This document shows, one piece after another, positions 20,451 through 29,445 of a stretch of 64,000 nt of DNA. The stretch spans positions 96,001 to 160,000 of the forward strand of contig CAWJIM010000021.1 of assembly GCA_963842945.1 (NCBI GenBank). The letters are read 5' to 3'. The notes beneath the pieces were generated by a model. It ran no database searches and was not told where the DNA came from. It worked only from the letters and a program-made list of their open reading frames with translations. Positions within the stretch are counted from its first letter, which is position 1, and every line of letters begins with the position of its first letter. The DNA is from an uncultured Gemmatimonadales bacterium (GTDB lineage: Bacteria; Gemmatimonadota; Gemmatimonadetes; Gemmatimonadales; GWC2-71-9). A program made the position numbers and the translations under genes.

Positions 20451-21026
20451 TCATCGGTAGGTGACGCCGAGTAGGAGAGCAAGAAAGCCGTCTCCTCCCA
20501 GTGTATCGTCAAGTGGTCTCCCCGCAAGGTGAAAACGGGCGCCCGCGGAGATGCCGAGCGGCCCATCGCCGGGGTGAACCTCCAGTCCAGTGCCCAGGTT
20601 AAGGCCCGGCGCGACGAAATCCTCGCCATCCTGGCGTAGCGCGTATACCCCGAGCCCGGCCAGGCCGTAGGGACGGATCGATCCGGTAGGCGACCTCAGT
20701 CGCAGCATCGCTGTGAGGTGCCAGGCCGAACGGTCATACTCAAGTGTGCCGAGACCCCCCACGACCTCGCTCCGGCTCTCGTGGTGATCGTACCCGACCT
20801 CCGCGCCAAATCGGAGCTTTCCTTCGCCACCACCGAAGACACTGAGCGCCAGGGCGCCTGAGCCGTGGCTAAAGTCACTATTATCGACTCCGGTGACGTA
20901 GCCGCCGGAGAGGGCGCCGGACCACGAGCTCTGTGCCGGGGCCTGCGCGGCAGCATCTCCGGCTGTTGCTGCTAGAACGAGGACAAGAAGCGTGGCTGTC
21001 GTCTGACGTGCCAGTGAGCGCATCAC
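20451..21026 (-). CDS. Small outer-membrane beta-barrel protein
   Basis: Signal peptide, IRPYGLAGLGVY, terminal LLLGVTYR. Confidence 0.7.
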   Translation of the reverse strand: MMRSLARQTTATLLVLVLAATAGDAAAQAPAQSSWSGALSGGYVTGVDNSDFSHGSGALALSVFGGGEGKLRFGAEVGYDHHESRSEVVGGLGTLEYDRSAWHLTAMLRLRSPTGSIRPYGLAGLGVYALRQDGEDFVAPGLNLGTGLEVHPGDGPLGISAGARFHLAGRPLDDTLGGDGFLALLLGVTYR

Positions 21027-21081
21027 GCCTCCTCATCTCCCGCTCGAATTAGAGATTCGGCAGGTGACCTTCACCATCAGA

Positions 21082-21888
21082 TCATCGTGCTACCGGCTCC
21101 GAGCTCCGTTTCTTGTAGCCGGTGCGCGTCATCAGAGACTGCACCACCCCGGGAAATACCGCGTGCTGCCAGTAGGTCAGCTTCATCATGAACGGTACCA
21201 CTACCAGCTTCTGCTCCCGCTCGATGCCGCGAACGATGGCCCGGGCGGCAGCCTCTGAGGTCAGGGCCGGGACCAGGTTACCCATCTTCGGCACGCGCTC
21301 TCGACTTCCCGGATTGTGTTCCCAGTACTCCGAGCGAACCACGCCTGATTCGTACAAGGTGACCCGGATGCCGGTCTTGGCCAGATCGGACCGCAAGGCC
21401 TCGGTGAAGCCCCGGACCGCCCACCGGGCAGCGAGATAGGCGGTAGCTCCGGGCCACACGAAGCGGGAGCCGACCGAGCTGACATTCACGATGTGCCCTG
21501 AGTTCCGCCGCAGCATACCGGGCAGGAAGGCATGGGTGACGTAGAACGTGGCGAAGTAGGGCACGGCCATCAGCTGCACCGCTTCCTGCGGCGTCGTTTC
21601 CTCCACGAACCTCCAGCGACCGGCCCCGGCGTTATTCACGATAATGTCCGGCGTCCCGATTTCGGATGTCACCCGCTGTCCCAAGGCAGTGACTGCCTTT
21701 TCGTCGCTCAGGTCGGTGGGATAGACCGAGGCGGCGCCTCCGATGGAGCTGGCCACCTGGCGGAGCTGCTCTTCCCGACGCGCGACCAGAATGACCCGAG
21801 CTCCTGCCTTCGCGAGCTCCTGCGCGGTCGCGGCGCCTATTCCACTGGAGGCGCCGGTGACGAGCGCCGTTTTCCCTCGAGGATTCAT
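21082..21888 (-). CDS. SDR family NAD(P)-dependent oxidoreductase
   Basis: TGASSGIG, NNAG, VNVSS; catalytic motif reads YLAAR rather than YxxxK. Confidence 0.9.
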   Translation of the reverse strand: MNPRGKTALVTGASSGIGAATAQELAKAGARVILVARREEQLRQVASSIGGAASVYPTDLSDEKAVTALGQRVTSEIGTPDIIVNNAGAGRWRFVEETTPQEAVQLMAVPYFATFYVTHAFLPGMLRRNSGHIVNVSSVGSRFVWPGATAYLAARWAVRGFTEALRSDLAKTGIRVTLYESGVVRSEYWEHNPGSRERVPKMGNLVPALTSEAAARAIVRGIEREQKLVVVPFMMKLTYWQHAVFPGVVQSLMTRTGYKKRSSEPVAR

Positions 21889-22190
21889 ACAGAGCCCTTT
21901 CGTCAAGTAATGAGTGGGCTGCTGGTGGGTTTCCTACACTAGAGCTGAGAGCTTCAATAGTTCGCAGCCACGACGGCCTGGCGCTGAGCCGGCCAACCTA
22001 CCCCACGTCCTCATCTGCGCTCTCGGGGAAAGCATCGAGAGTCTCAACTGGATGAGTTCTCGACCTGATTTCCGACCTGCCGAGCCACCGCCGCCTGCTC
22101 CACATGCTGGAGAACGCGACCCGTACGCCCACTCACCTTCAGTCCGAGCATCCCTCTGACGGAACCGGTCCCGGCGTCTGGGCACTCCAA

Positions 22191-22829
22191 CTACAGGGAG
22201 CCTGAGGTGGCCAGCAGCGCCACCGCTCGTGAGCGTGACTCAGCGCCGATTTTGTGTCGCACGCGTTCTGCATGATGCTCGGCTGTGCGAAGGCTGATGG
22301 CGAGTCGTGTGGCAATGGCCTGATCTGACAGTCCTCTCCCCATTAAGCAAGCGACCTCGGCTTCTCGAGCCGTGAGTCCCAACCGATCGCAGAGGTCACG
22401 CAAGTGGACCTTTCGTTTCCCCGTGCGCTCCAATTCGATCAGGATCCCCCAGCAGCCTGGAAGCAATAGCATGGGTGGCACCAGCACCCCCCGGAGACGG
22501 AACTCAGAGCCCGGGGTAAGAACCTCCCGATTAAGCACGATGGGCTTTGCAGGTGGTCTGCTGCTGTCCAGGGTACGTACCCTGGCAGACAGGCGCCGCA
22601 CCGCCTGATCCAGTTCGTCTTGCAGTTGAGCCCGCTCCTTGATGGCTGCACGGTTCAAGCAGTCGTGGAGCGCAGGGGTTTGGTACAGTAGTCGTCCACC
22701 TTCATCGGCCGCGACCAAGGGCCGGGCGAAAGCGTCTAACAGCCGCGCTTGGGTCTGGGTGAGGGTACCTTGCGAGGGCACGAATCCCCTCAACTCGATA
22801 GAGGTAGGTACTTCTTCCCATGCGGACAT
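22191..22829 (-). CDS. LuxR-type HTH regulator with PAS-like N-terminus
   Basis: LTAREAEVA..GLSDQAIA..LAISLRTAEHH; likely start MSAWEE at 22829. Confidence 0.85.
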   Translation of the reverse strand: MSAWEEVPTSIELRGFVPSQGTLTQTQARLLDAFARPLVAADEGGRLLYQTPALHDCLNRAAIKERAQLQDELDQAVRRLSARVRTLDSSRPPAKPIVLNREVLTPGSEFRLRGVLVPPMLLLPGCWGILIELERTGKRKVHLRDLCDRLGLTAREAEVACLMGRGLSDQAIATRLAISLRTAEHHAERVRHKIGAESRSRAVALLATSGSL

Positions 22830-22884
22830 CGGAGGTTTGCCATAGTATCGCTCGGGCCAGTTGCGCGCTAGGCGTGCGAGCCAA

Positions 22885-23000
22885 AGTGCAGGTTCGGCCT
22901 TAGCCGGGGCCGCAAAGCCTCGGGTCATCGCTCTCCTCCGAGACGCCGGCTAGGCGCCCCCGAAGGACCCCCAAGACCGCCGAGCTGCCTACCTGGACCG
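22885..23000 (+). ncRNA. Variant or degenerate c-di-GMP-I-like riboswitch
   Basis: 22902-22926 matches 3852-3876 at 23/25 nt; CCAAGACCGCCGAGC identical at 22971-85 and 3900-14; P2 loop is CTTA instead of GAAA. Confidence 0.7.
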
Positions 23001-23061
23001 CAGTTCTCCGCCTCACATGTGAGACGGTTCCTTCACTGATGCTCTCTTTAAGGAGGGAACT

Positions 23062-24819
23062 ATGTCCATGTCTCGACCGGCTCGGGACCGACGCCGTCCA
23101 ACCCATTCGCTCCGGGTTGCGGCGTCGCTCATTCTGGCGGCAACCTGGCTGGGTTGCGCGAAGGATGATCCGACCGCTCCGGAACACTCGTCCCAGTCGC
23201 TCGCCGCCGTGGGCAACGTCACCGGAAGGATCCTGGGTCCGGACGGCCGGAACATCTGCCGGACTGTAGGAGACGGCACGATGATCGTGACTCTGCTCAA
23301 TCCGGACTTCGATTTCACCAACGACCCTTTCCTAGGGTTCCAAGAGGTCACCTGCCCGGATAACTCCTTCTCCCTCGCCCATGCTGGCCCCGCTCATCTG
23401 CGCGTTGAGTTGCCGATCAACGACAACATCGACGACCTGCCCTGGCGAAACCTGGAGGATGAGTTCACCGTGCCCGCGGGCGGGGTCAATCATCCGGTCA
23501 ACCTCGAAGAAGGGACCCCCCTGGGAGGCCGGGCCCTCTTCGAGGGAACGCCGGTCGAGGGTGCCCCAATTTTCATCAACTATGGATTCAACCTCGGCTT
23601 CGGGGCCACCAACGGCTTCAGCGGTCCAGACGGCAGGTGGGTGGAATTCTTCGGCCGCGCGCCACTGCTGCTGCGGAGAGATGTGAGCTATCAGGTCTTC
23701 GGCTGTGAGGGTGGGGTTCTCGGCGCGAAGCAGGCCGCTCCGCTTCCCACGGCCCCGTTTGTCTTCCCCTCCGGGAGGCAAGGGGTGACCTGCCGGCTGG
23801 AGAGCGGACCCACGACGGAGTTCTCCCACACCGACACCCGCCTCGCGATCACTCCGATGCCGGGCGACATCGGCGGTGCCTTCAGCGGCGATTTCTTCGA
23901 ACAGTTCGGCGTGGGCTGGGGGGTGCAGTTCCCCGTCCCGTTGAACAAATCGCCGGCCCATGGCCCGATCTCCCTGTCCCACATGTTCAACGGCGGCCTC
24001 TTGATCGGACTTCCGGCCCAAGGAGGCAGTCCGGCCCGGATTCTCTCTGGCGTCGACCTGGGGTCGGCAGGACTGGAATGCGTCGGGTTCTGCCGAGATC
24101 TCGGTTTTGATGGCGTGGTGACGTTCGGCCCCACCGGCGCGAGCGGCGAGAGAAAGAGCGTGACCTGGCGTTATTCGGACGCCGGTTCGGAAGAGGCCGT
24201 GGGGCTCCAGGTCATCCAACACTCAATCGATGGAATAAGGCCTCATGACTATGTGCTGTTCCGGTTCCGGATCCGGAACACCAGCCCGTCCAGCCTGAGA
24301 TTGTATGCTGGGGTCTTCACCGACTGGGATGTCCAACCCGACCCCTTCGACGACCGGGGCGCCACCACTCTCAACGGCACACTGATGTACCAGGTGAGCC
24401 AGGCCAACGGTATCCACATTGGCACCGTGTTGTTGGGCGAGGCCCCGGTCACCGGGAATTACTTCTGGGATGCCGAGCAGAATCCTCCTCCCTCAATCGG
24501 CCAGCAAATTCGGGCGTTGCGGGGGGACCTTACCCGCACCTCGGCCGGACCCAACGACCTGCGCTACATCCAAGGCGCTGGACCCATCACCCTGAGCCAC
24601 GGGGAGGCGCAGGACGTATGGCTCGCGGTGGTCGCGGGGCTGAGTCGAAGCCAGCTGATCGCCAATGCCAACGCGGCGAGGGCCCACGTGTCCAAGCTGC
24701 AGAATACGGCAATCAGCGATGCCGATGAGACCGTGCGGATCGCCGCGGTGCGGAACCGCACTTCGCCCTTGCTCCAGCGGCCGAATTGCAAGTACAACTG
24801 CCGAAATAGCGGACAGTAG
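23062..24819 (+). CDS. Secreted lipoprotein of unknown function
   Basis: AAGGAGG RBS, lipobox LGC-AKDDPTAP, 585 aa; C-terminal YAGVFTDWDV-type beta domain. Confidence 0.8.
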   Translation: MSMSRPARDRRRPTHSLRVAASLILAATWLGCAKDDPTAPEHSSQSLAAVGNVTGRILGPDGRNICRTVGDGTMIVTLLNPDFDFTNDPFLGFQEVTCPDNSFSLAHAGPAHLRVELPINDNIDDLPWRNLEDEFTVPAGGVNHPVNLEEGTPLGGRALFEGTPVEGAPIFINYGFNLGFGATNGFSGPDGRWVEFFGRAPLLLRRDVSYQVFGCEGGVLGAKQAAPLPTAPFVFPSGRQGVTCRLESGPTTEFSHTDTRLAITPMPGDIGGAFSGDFFEQFGVGWGVQFPVPLNKSPAHGPISLSHMFNGGLLIGLPAQGGSPARILSGVDLGSAGLECVGFCRDLGFDGVVTFGPTGASGERKSVTWRYSDAGSEEAVGLQVIQHSIDGIRPHDYVLFRFRIRNTSPSSLRLYAGVFTDWDVQPDPFDDRGATTLNGTLMYQVSQANGIHIGTVLLGEAPVTGNYFWDAEQNPPPSIGQQIRALRGDLTRTSAGPNDLRYIQGAGPITLSHGEAQDVWLAVVAGLSRSQLIANANAARAHVSKLQNTAISDADETVRIAAVRNRTSPLLQRPNCKYNCRNSGQ

Positions 24820-24889
24820 CCCTAAGCGGTGAGCGGGTCACCCCAATGTTTGGAGGCCCGCTCCCTGCCCGGGGCCGCAAAAGTCACGG

Positions 24890-25696
24890 CTCACACCGCT
24901 GTCCCAGTGGGGAAAGAGGTACACGCCGCCGGCCAACGTGCCGCTCAAACCCGGGGTGGATGCCAATACCCCCGTGCCTGACCAGGTACTGGCGATGTGG
25001 CCGGACACGTTTTTCAACCGGCTGAACCAGTTACTCGTCCGGAACCCGCCCGAGCCCGATGACCCGGCGACGATGGATCGCATCGCCAAGCTCGGCATTG
25101 CTCTGGGCGCCGAGTTTCACATGGAGGCGTTCTCGAGCGAAGTCCAGAAAGCGATTCAGGAGGGTGTTGCCGCCGGGCAGAAGGCCTTGCGCGAGGCAGT
25201 GCTGGGCAAGGTGGTCAACGGCTGGCAGATCGCGCTCGATTTGGGCCGTTATGGTACGAACTACGTCTATCGTGCCGGATGGACCTTCTTTGGTGTCGGG
25301 GGCAACCTGGCCGAGGATGCCGTCTATCCAGTCGCCGCCGTTGACGGTGACGGCAAGCCGTTCGTTTCCGCGAACAAGTACGTCCTGCGCTTCACCAAGG
25401 AGCAGATCCCGCCGGTGCAGGCGTTCTGGTCGCTGACCATGTACGACCCGGACTCGTACCTCGTTCCCAATCCGATCAAGCGGTACGCGCTCGGGGATCG
25501 GAGCGGGATGAAGCCCGGTGACGACAGCTCACTCACGATCTACATCCAGCGCGACTCGCCGGGGAAGGACAAGGAAGCCAACTGGCTACCCGCGCCGAAG
25601 GATGGTGGGTTCAAGCTGGCCCTGCGCCTGTACGCGCCTCGGAAGGAAATCGCCGAGGGGACCTGGACGCCGCCGCCAGTCAAACGAGTGGGCTGA
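24890..25696 (+). pseudogene. DUF1254/DUF1214 protein, C-terminal half only
   Basis: LTPLSQWGK, GRYGTNYVYRA, EDAVYP, AFWSLTMY, EANWLPAP, LRLYAP; N-terminal domain and signal peptide absent. Confidence 0.75.
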
Positions 25697-26212
25697 ACTC
25701 AAAGACGCCACCACGGCTGATGCACCCAGCTTGCCGCTGTAACCTGCTAACAAGAACGGCACACCCGGGCCGCAGTCAGCCTCCCTCTGCCGCAATTGGC
25801 GACGCCTCGCCTGCGATTGACGCACCAGCGGGACCAGCGCCAGCACGAGCTCGTGTGGGGAGAACGGCTTGTAGAACAGAGGCACGGCGGCGGGGGAGGT
25901 CACCGGAGGGTTGTACGCGGTCATCGCCACGATCGGCAAGCCAGGTCGACATTCCTGGAGCACCGCGATCAGCTCGTGGCCGGAGACCACGGGCATCTCG
26001 AGGTCGGTCACCACCACGTCCAAGAGCTCCGCCTTGTCCCGCTCGAGGACGTCGATGGCGTCCTCAACGTCCCCCGCCACGACCACCACAGCGCCTTCGA
26101 GGTTCAGCATCCGCGCTAGCGCTAGCCCGACACCATTATCGTCGTCAACCAGCAGAAGGCTCGCGCCCTCCAGCAGGCGGCTGTTCGTAGGTGGGAGGTC
26201 CCAATCGTTCAT
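25586..26212 (-). CDS. Stand-alone response regulator receiver (3' end degenerate beyond ~25780)
   Basis: LLVDDD, VVTDLEMP, AMTAY, FYKPF; paralog of 27186-27812. Confidence 0.75.
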   Translation of the reverse strand: MNDWDLPPTNSRLLEGASLLLVDDDNGVGLALARMLNLEGAVVVVAGDVEDAIDVLERDKAELLDVVVTDLEMPVVSGHELIAVLQECRPGLPIVAMTAYNPPVTSPAAVPLFYKPFSPHELVLALVPLVRQSQARRRQLRQREADCGPGVPFLLAGYSGKLGASAVVASLSSAHSFDWRRRPGPLGDFLPRRVQAQGQLEPTILRRG

Positions 26213-26411
26213 CAGCCTGTATCCCCGGTTCCAGGATACGAAGGGAATGCTGCAGCGACATTGCTGTGCTGCAACAATTTACATGCCTGTCAAGGCTCGC
26301 AGCTTGTCGCGATTCTGGATGAAATCACCGCGTTTTGCGAACGGTCCGTAGAGTCAACGCAGGGGATACAGTGAGATGAGCGCCTGGCGAGGAGGACTTT
26401 TTTTCACTCCT

Positions 26412-26852
26412 TCAGAAGAGTTCCTCGGCCAGGGCGACGATGATGCCCGCAGGGCCACGCATGTAGCAGAGTCTGTACTTGTCCTCGTACTGGACCACCT
26501 CGCCGACGAGTTCGCCGCCGCTGGCGCGCAGTCGAGCGACGCTCTCATCGACGCTTTCGACTGTAAACATCACGCTCCGGAGGCCCAACGTGTTCGGCGG
26601 TGCGATCGCCGGTTCGAGCTCGACCAGTCCTGGATTGCGAAACTTCGTCAGCTCGACCCGCCCGTGTCCATCCGGGGTCCGCATCATGACGATGTCCACT
26701 CGGACACCTTCGAGCCCGTTGACGCGGTCCACCCACGGGCCCTCGACGGGACTTTCGCCCTCGACCGTCATGCCGAGCGCGGTGAAAAAAGCGATAGCGG
26801 CTGCAAGGTCGTCGACCACGACGCTGACGTGGTCCAATCTCTTGATCGTCAT
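26412..26852 (-). CDS. VOC/glyoxalase family protein
   Basis: RLDHVSVVVDDL..FFTALG, VELTKF, YRLCYMRGPAGIIVALAE. Confidence 0.92.
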   Translation of the reverse strand: MTIKRLDHVSVVVDDLAAAIAFFTALGMTVEGESPVEGPWVDRVNGLEGVRVDIVMMRTPDGHGRVELTKFRNPGLVELEPAIAPPNTLGLRSVMFTVESVDESVARLRASGGELVGEVVQYEDKYRLCYMRGPAGIIVALAEELF

Positions 26853-26860
26853 GGCCCCTT

Positions 26861-26970
26861 TTACGTCCCCGCTACCGCAACCGGCACCGAACGGTTGATC
26901 CCACTCCCGTCGCCCAACTGGCCGTTGCTGTTGTCACCCCAGCACCATGCCTTGTTCACCGTATTATGGC
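26861..26970 (-). pseudogene. RCC1-repeat protein C-terminal remnant
   Basis: KAWCWGDNSNGQLGDGSGINRSVPVAVAG is a single RCC1 repeat with no upstream gene body. Confidence 0.7.
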
Positions 26971-27185
26971 GCGAGAGTTGGAGCAGGCCGTAGCCGTGCA
27001 CCATCGTTGAGGGTGTCTTGGAGACCGGGAGTTTTGACAGAGAATTGATGCCAGACAGGACTACCCCTTGGTCCAGTATTCGCTCCGTGCACCAGAGCAT
27101 ACACTCAGTAATGGCCCTCCTTGAAGGCTCGATCCCTGACCACGCTGGAGGGAGAGAAGCAGCGCTCGACACGAGATGAGGTCAC

Positions 27186-27812
27186 ATGACCAACCCGGGG
27201 AACGGCGAGCGAGTAGGTCCACCGCCGCCGACACAGGGGGCTGACCGCTCAAGGCAGGGTTCTCTGCCCAATGCGGATGCGCGGACGACCCTCGAGATCT
27301 CCGGAACAACCTTGCTGGTCGTGGACGATGATCCGTCCTTCCGCCGAGCACTGCGGAGACTGCTGGAGCTGGAGCTAATCTCCGTTATCGAGGCCAACGA
27401 CGGCGAGCGGGCCGTTCGGGTGATCGAGCAAGACGAGCCCCAGGTGGTCGATGCGGTCCTGACAGATCTGGCGATGCCAGCCGTTTCTGGTCCCGAATTG
27501 ATCGCGGTGCTCCAGCAGTACCGCCCTGCGTTGCCGGTCGTGGCCATGACGGGATGGGACCCGCTCCCACTCGGCCTTCCCCGTGTGCCCCTCCTGCACA
27601 AGCCATTCGAGCTGAAGGAACTGATCGAAACGCTCGGACCGCTGGTTCTCACGCCGGAAGCGACCCGGCGGCGAGCACGGCAAGCGCGCGCGGATGCGGC
27701 CGAATCGCGGTCATTGGCCGAACGGCAACTGGCGATAGCAAGAGACCAGCGGGCCAAGACCGGTGATCTCATGAAGGCCTTCATGCAGCTACGGGAGAGG
27801 ATGCGGCACTGA
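27186..27812 (+). CDS. Response regulator receiver with C-terminal coiled coil
   Basis: VVDDD, VLTDLAMP, AMTGW, LHKPF; RBS GAGG. Confidence 0.85.
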   Translation: MTNPGNGERVGPPPPTQGADRSRQGSLPNADARTTLEISGTTLLVVDDDPSFRRALRRLLELELISVIEANDGERAVRVIEQDEPQVVDAVLTDLAMPAVSGPELIAVLQQYRPALPVVAMTGWDPLPLGLPRVPLLHKPFELKELIETLGPLVLTPEATRRRARQARADAAESRSLAERQLAIARDQRAKTGDLMKAFMQLRERMRH

Positions 27813-27875
27813 TACAAAGCTAGCTGCCGAAAATCCAGCGCCAGGAAATTTTGGTAGTGTCCTTGTGCTGTCCCC

Positions 27876-28073
27876 TCAGCGGCTTACAGAAACTTCCTCA
27901 GCGGCCTTGGTCCCAGGGATCGGGGGGAGTGGATGCCACGCATCAGAATGGGACCCGATGGTGTAGGTGTAGACCGATCCATCCTCGCACACCACGACCA
28001 TTGGCGTGAGCAATACCTTCAGGTCAGAGCGTTCAGAATCGAGCTTGAGTACAGTGTGTGGCTTAGTGGTCAT
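27876..28073 (-). CDS. 65 aa hypothetical protein
   Basis: GGAGG RBS; VVCEDGSVY..WHPLPPIPG; lower GC than neighbours. Confidence 0.55.
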   Translation of the reverse strand: MTTKPHTVLKLDSERSDLKVLLTPMVVVCEDGSVYTYTIGSHSDAWHPLPPIPGTKAAEEVSVSR

Positions 28074-28135
28074 TTTTGGTTTCCTCCCGATAGACCATAG
28101 CATTGTGAGGTGCCGAGATCGGCCGCGATCAGCGA

Positions 28136-28499
28136 TTATGTACTGCCGGCCGTGATGCCTCGATGACCTTCGGCGAGCACTCCGCGGGAGCTGGCAGGTT
28201 CATCAGAAGGGCTGGTCGACGATGCCGCCGATGGGGACCGCGTCGCTGATCCGTGCTCCATGGTCAGAGGCAGCGCGACATAGAATGCGGCGCCGCGCTC
28301 GCCCCTGCGCTCCGCCCACAGTCTTCCGCCATGCGAGGTCACCAGTGTGCGGCAGATCGAAAGGCCCCTTGCTGTCGGGAAAAGTCAGCACCCAGGCGGT
28401 TCGCGTCGCCAGATAATAGCAAGCACCGGCGGCCAGAATCTGGAACACCGTCCGGAGAGAGAGCCCAGGCTGCCGCATCGTCTCCATCATTCGGGCCAT
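28136..28499 (-). pseudogene. Internally deleted membrane (MASE1-like) sensor histidine kinase
   Basis: N-terminus ILAAGACYYLATRTAWVLTFPDSK joined out of frame at ~28368 to GLSICRTLVTSHGGRLWAE. Confidence 0.7.
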
Positions 28500-28839
28500 T
28501 CAATCCGCTCCGAGTTGGGCGAGACTGCGTACGCGGCTGGATCATCGCCCGGCGAACCTGGCATCAACCTGTTGTAACTATCCGCATCCCGATCTTTTGG
28601 ATATCTCTGCTGATACTAATCCGTTCACGTTGGAATTCCACAGGAGTGGATCACTGCCGGTCACGGCGTTGCGGGGCCCGCTTCGGCGTGCAAGATGCGG
28701 TGATTTCAGTCAGAGTCATGGCGCACTGCGAGCCTTGACGAAGCGTTATATTGTTGGCTGTTCAGTAGTTAGTTCCCGATAGCTCGGTCATTCGCGCCGG
28801 CGTGCCTATCGCGATCGACCTATAAAACGCTCGCTCCTT

Positions 28840-29277
28840 ATGCACCTCCCACCCCAGAGTAGGTGTCCCGTGAATCCCACCGCGTCTCAGCTCCTCACGC
28901 TCACGGTGTTGGTAGTCGACGATGACGACGCTGTTCGGCGCATTATGGCTCGAGGGTTGGAGCAGGCGGGATTTCGCGTCCTGACTGCAGGGAATGGGGT
29001 AGACGCCCTGACGGCGCTGGAGCAGTCCGGCCAAGAAGTGCATCTCGTGGTCTGCGATCTGCTGTTGCCCCAACTCGATGGTTATCAGCTCGCCCACCGT
29101 CTGGCGGCATTACCCAGCGCTCCGGAAATCATCTATCTGTCACCCTTCCGCTCCGACCTGGAACTTGACCACCCGGTACTTGCTAAGCCCTTCCATCTCG
29201 ACGACCTCAGTGCCGCGGCCCAACGCATCTTACAGAAACGATGGGGAGACGAAGTGACCGTCGGGTCTCCGAAGTAA
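28840..29277 (+). CDS. Stand-alone response regulator receiver
   Basis: VLVVDDD, VVCDLLLPQLDG, LAKPF. Confidence 0.85.
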   Translation: MHLPPQSRCPVNPTASQLLTLTVLVVDDDDAVRRIMARGLEQAGFRVLTAGNGVDALTALEQSGQEVHLVVCDLLLPQLDGYQLAHRLAALPSAPEIIYLSPFRSDLELDHPVLAKPFHLDDLSAAAQRILQKRWGDEVTVGSPK

Positions 29278-29445
29278 CCGAAGCGCCCCCCGTCAGAACG
29301 TCTTCTGCCCCGTCATCGCTACATCTACAAGGGGTTGCCGGGACTCGCCGATACTGAAACCGACACTCCCAAGAGCCACCTCACCTTTGGAGTAGGCCGG
29401 TACCGTTAGGCGCTTCGATGCCGTCGCCCGTCTTCGACTGGTAGC

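Noticed and set aside
22830..22928. Long N-terminal extension of LuxR given in the ORF track
   Set aside because: It is the antisense of the riboswitch-like RNA; ATG 22829 with upstream GGCAAA/ACC context is the more plausible start.
24868..24890. CCGGGGCCGCAAAAGTCACGG resembling a third GEMM core
   Set aside because: No clear P2 5' strand or P3 3' strand; the sequence runs straight into the DUF1254 fragment.
28861..28890. GAATCCCACCGC resembling the tRNA-Lys 3' end (possible attR)
   Set aside because: Only about 12 nt with a mismatch, lies at the start of a gene, and no integrase is present.
29405..29411. GTTAGGC as an integron attC core site
   Set aside because: No matching RYYYAAC, no attC stem and no integron integrase.
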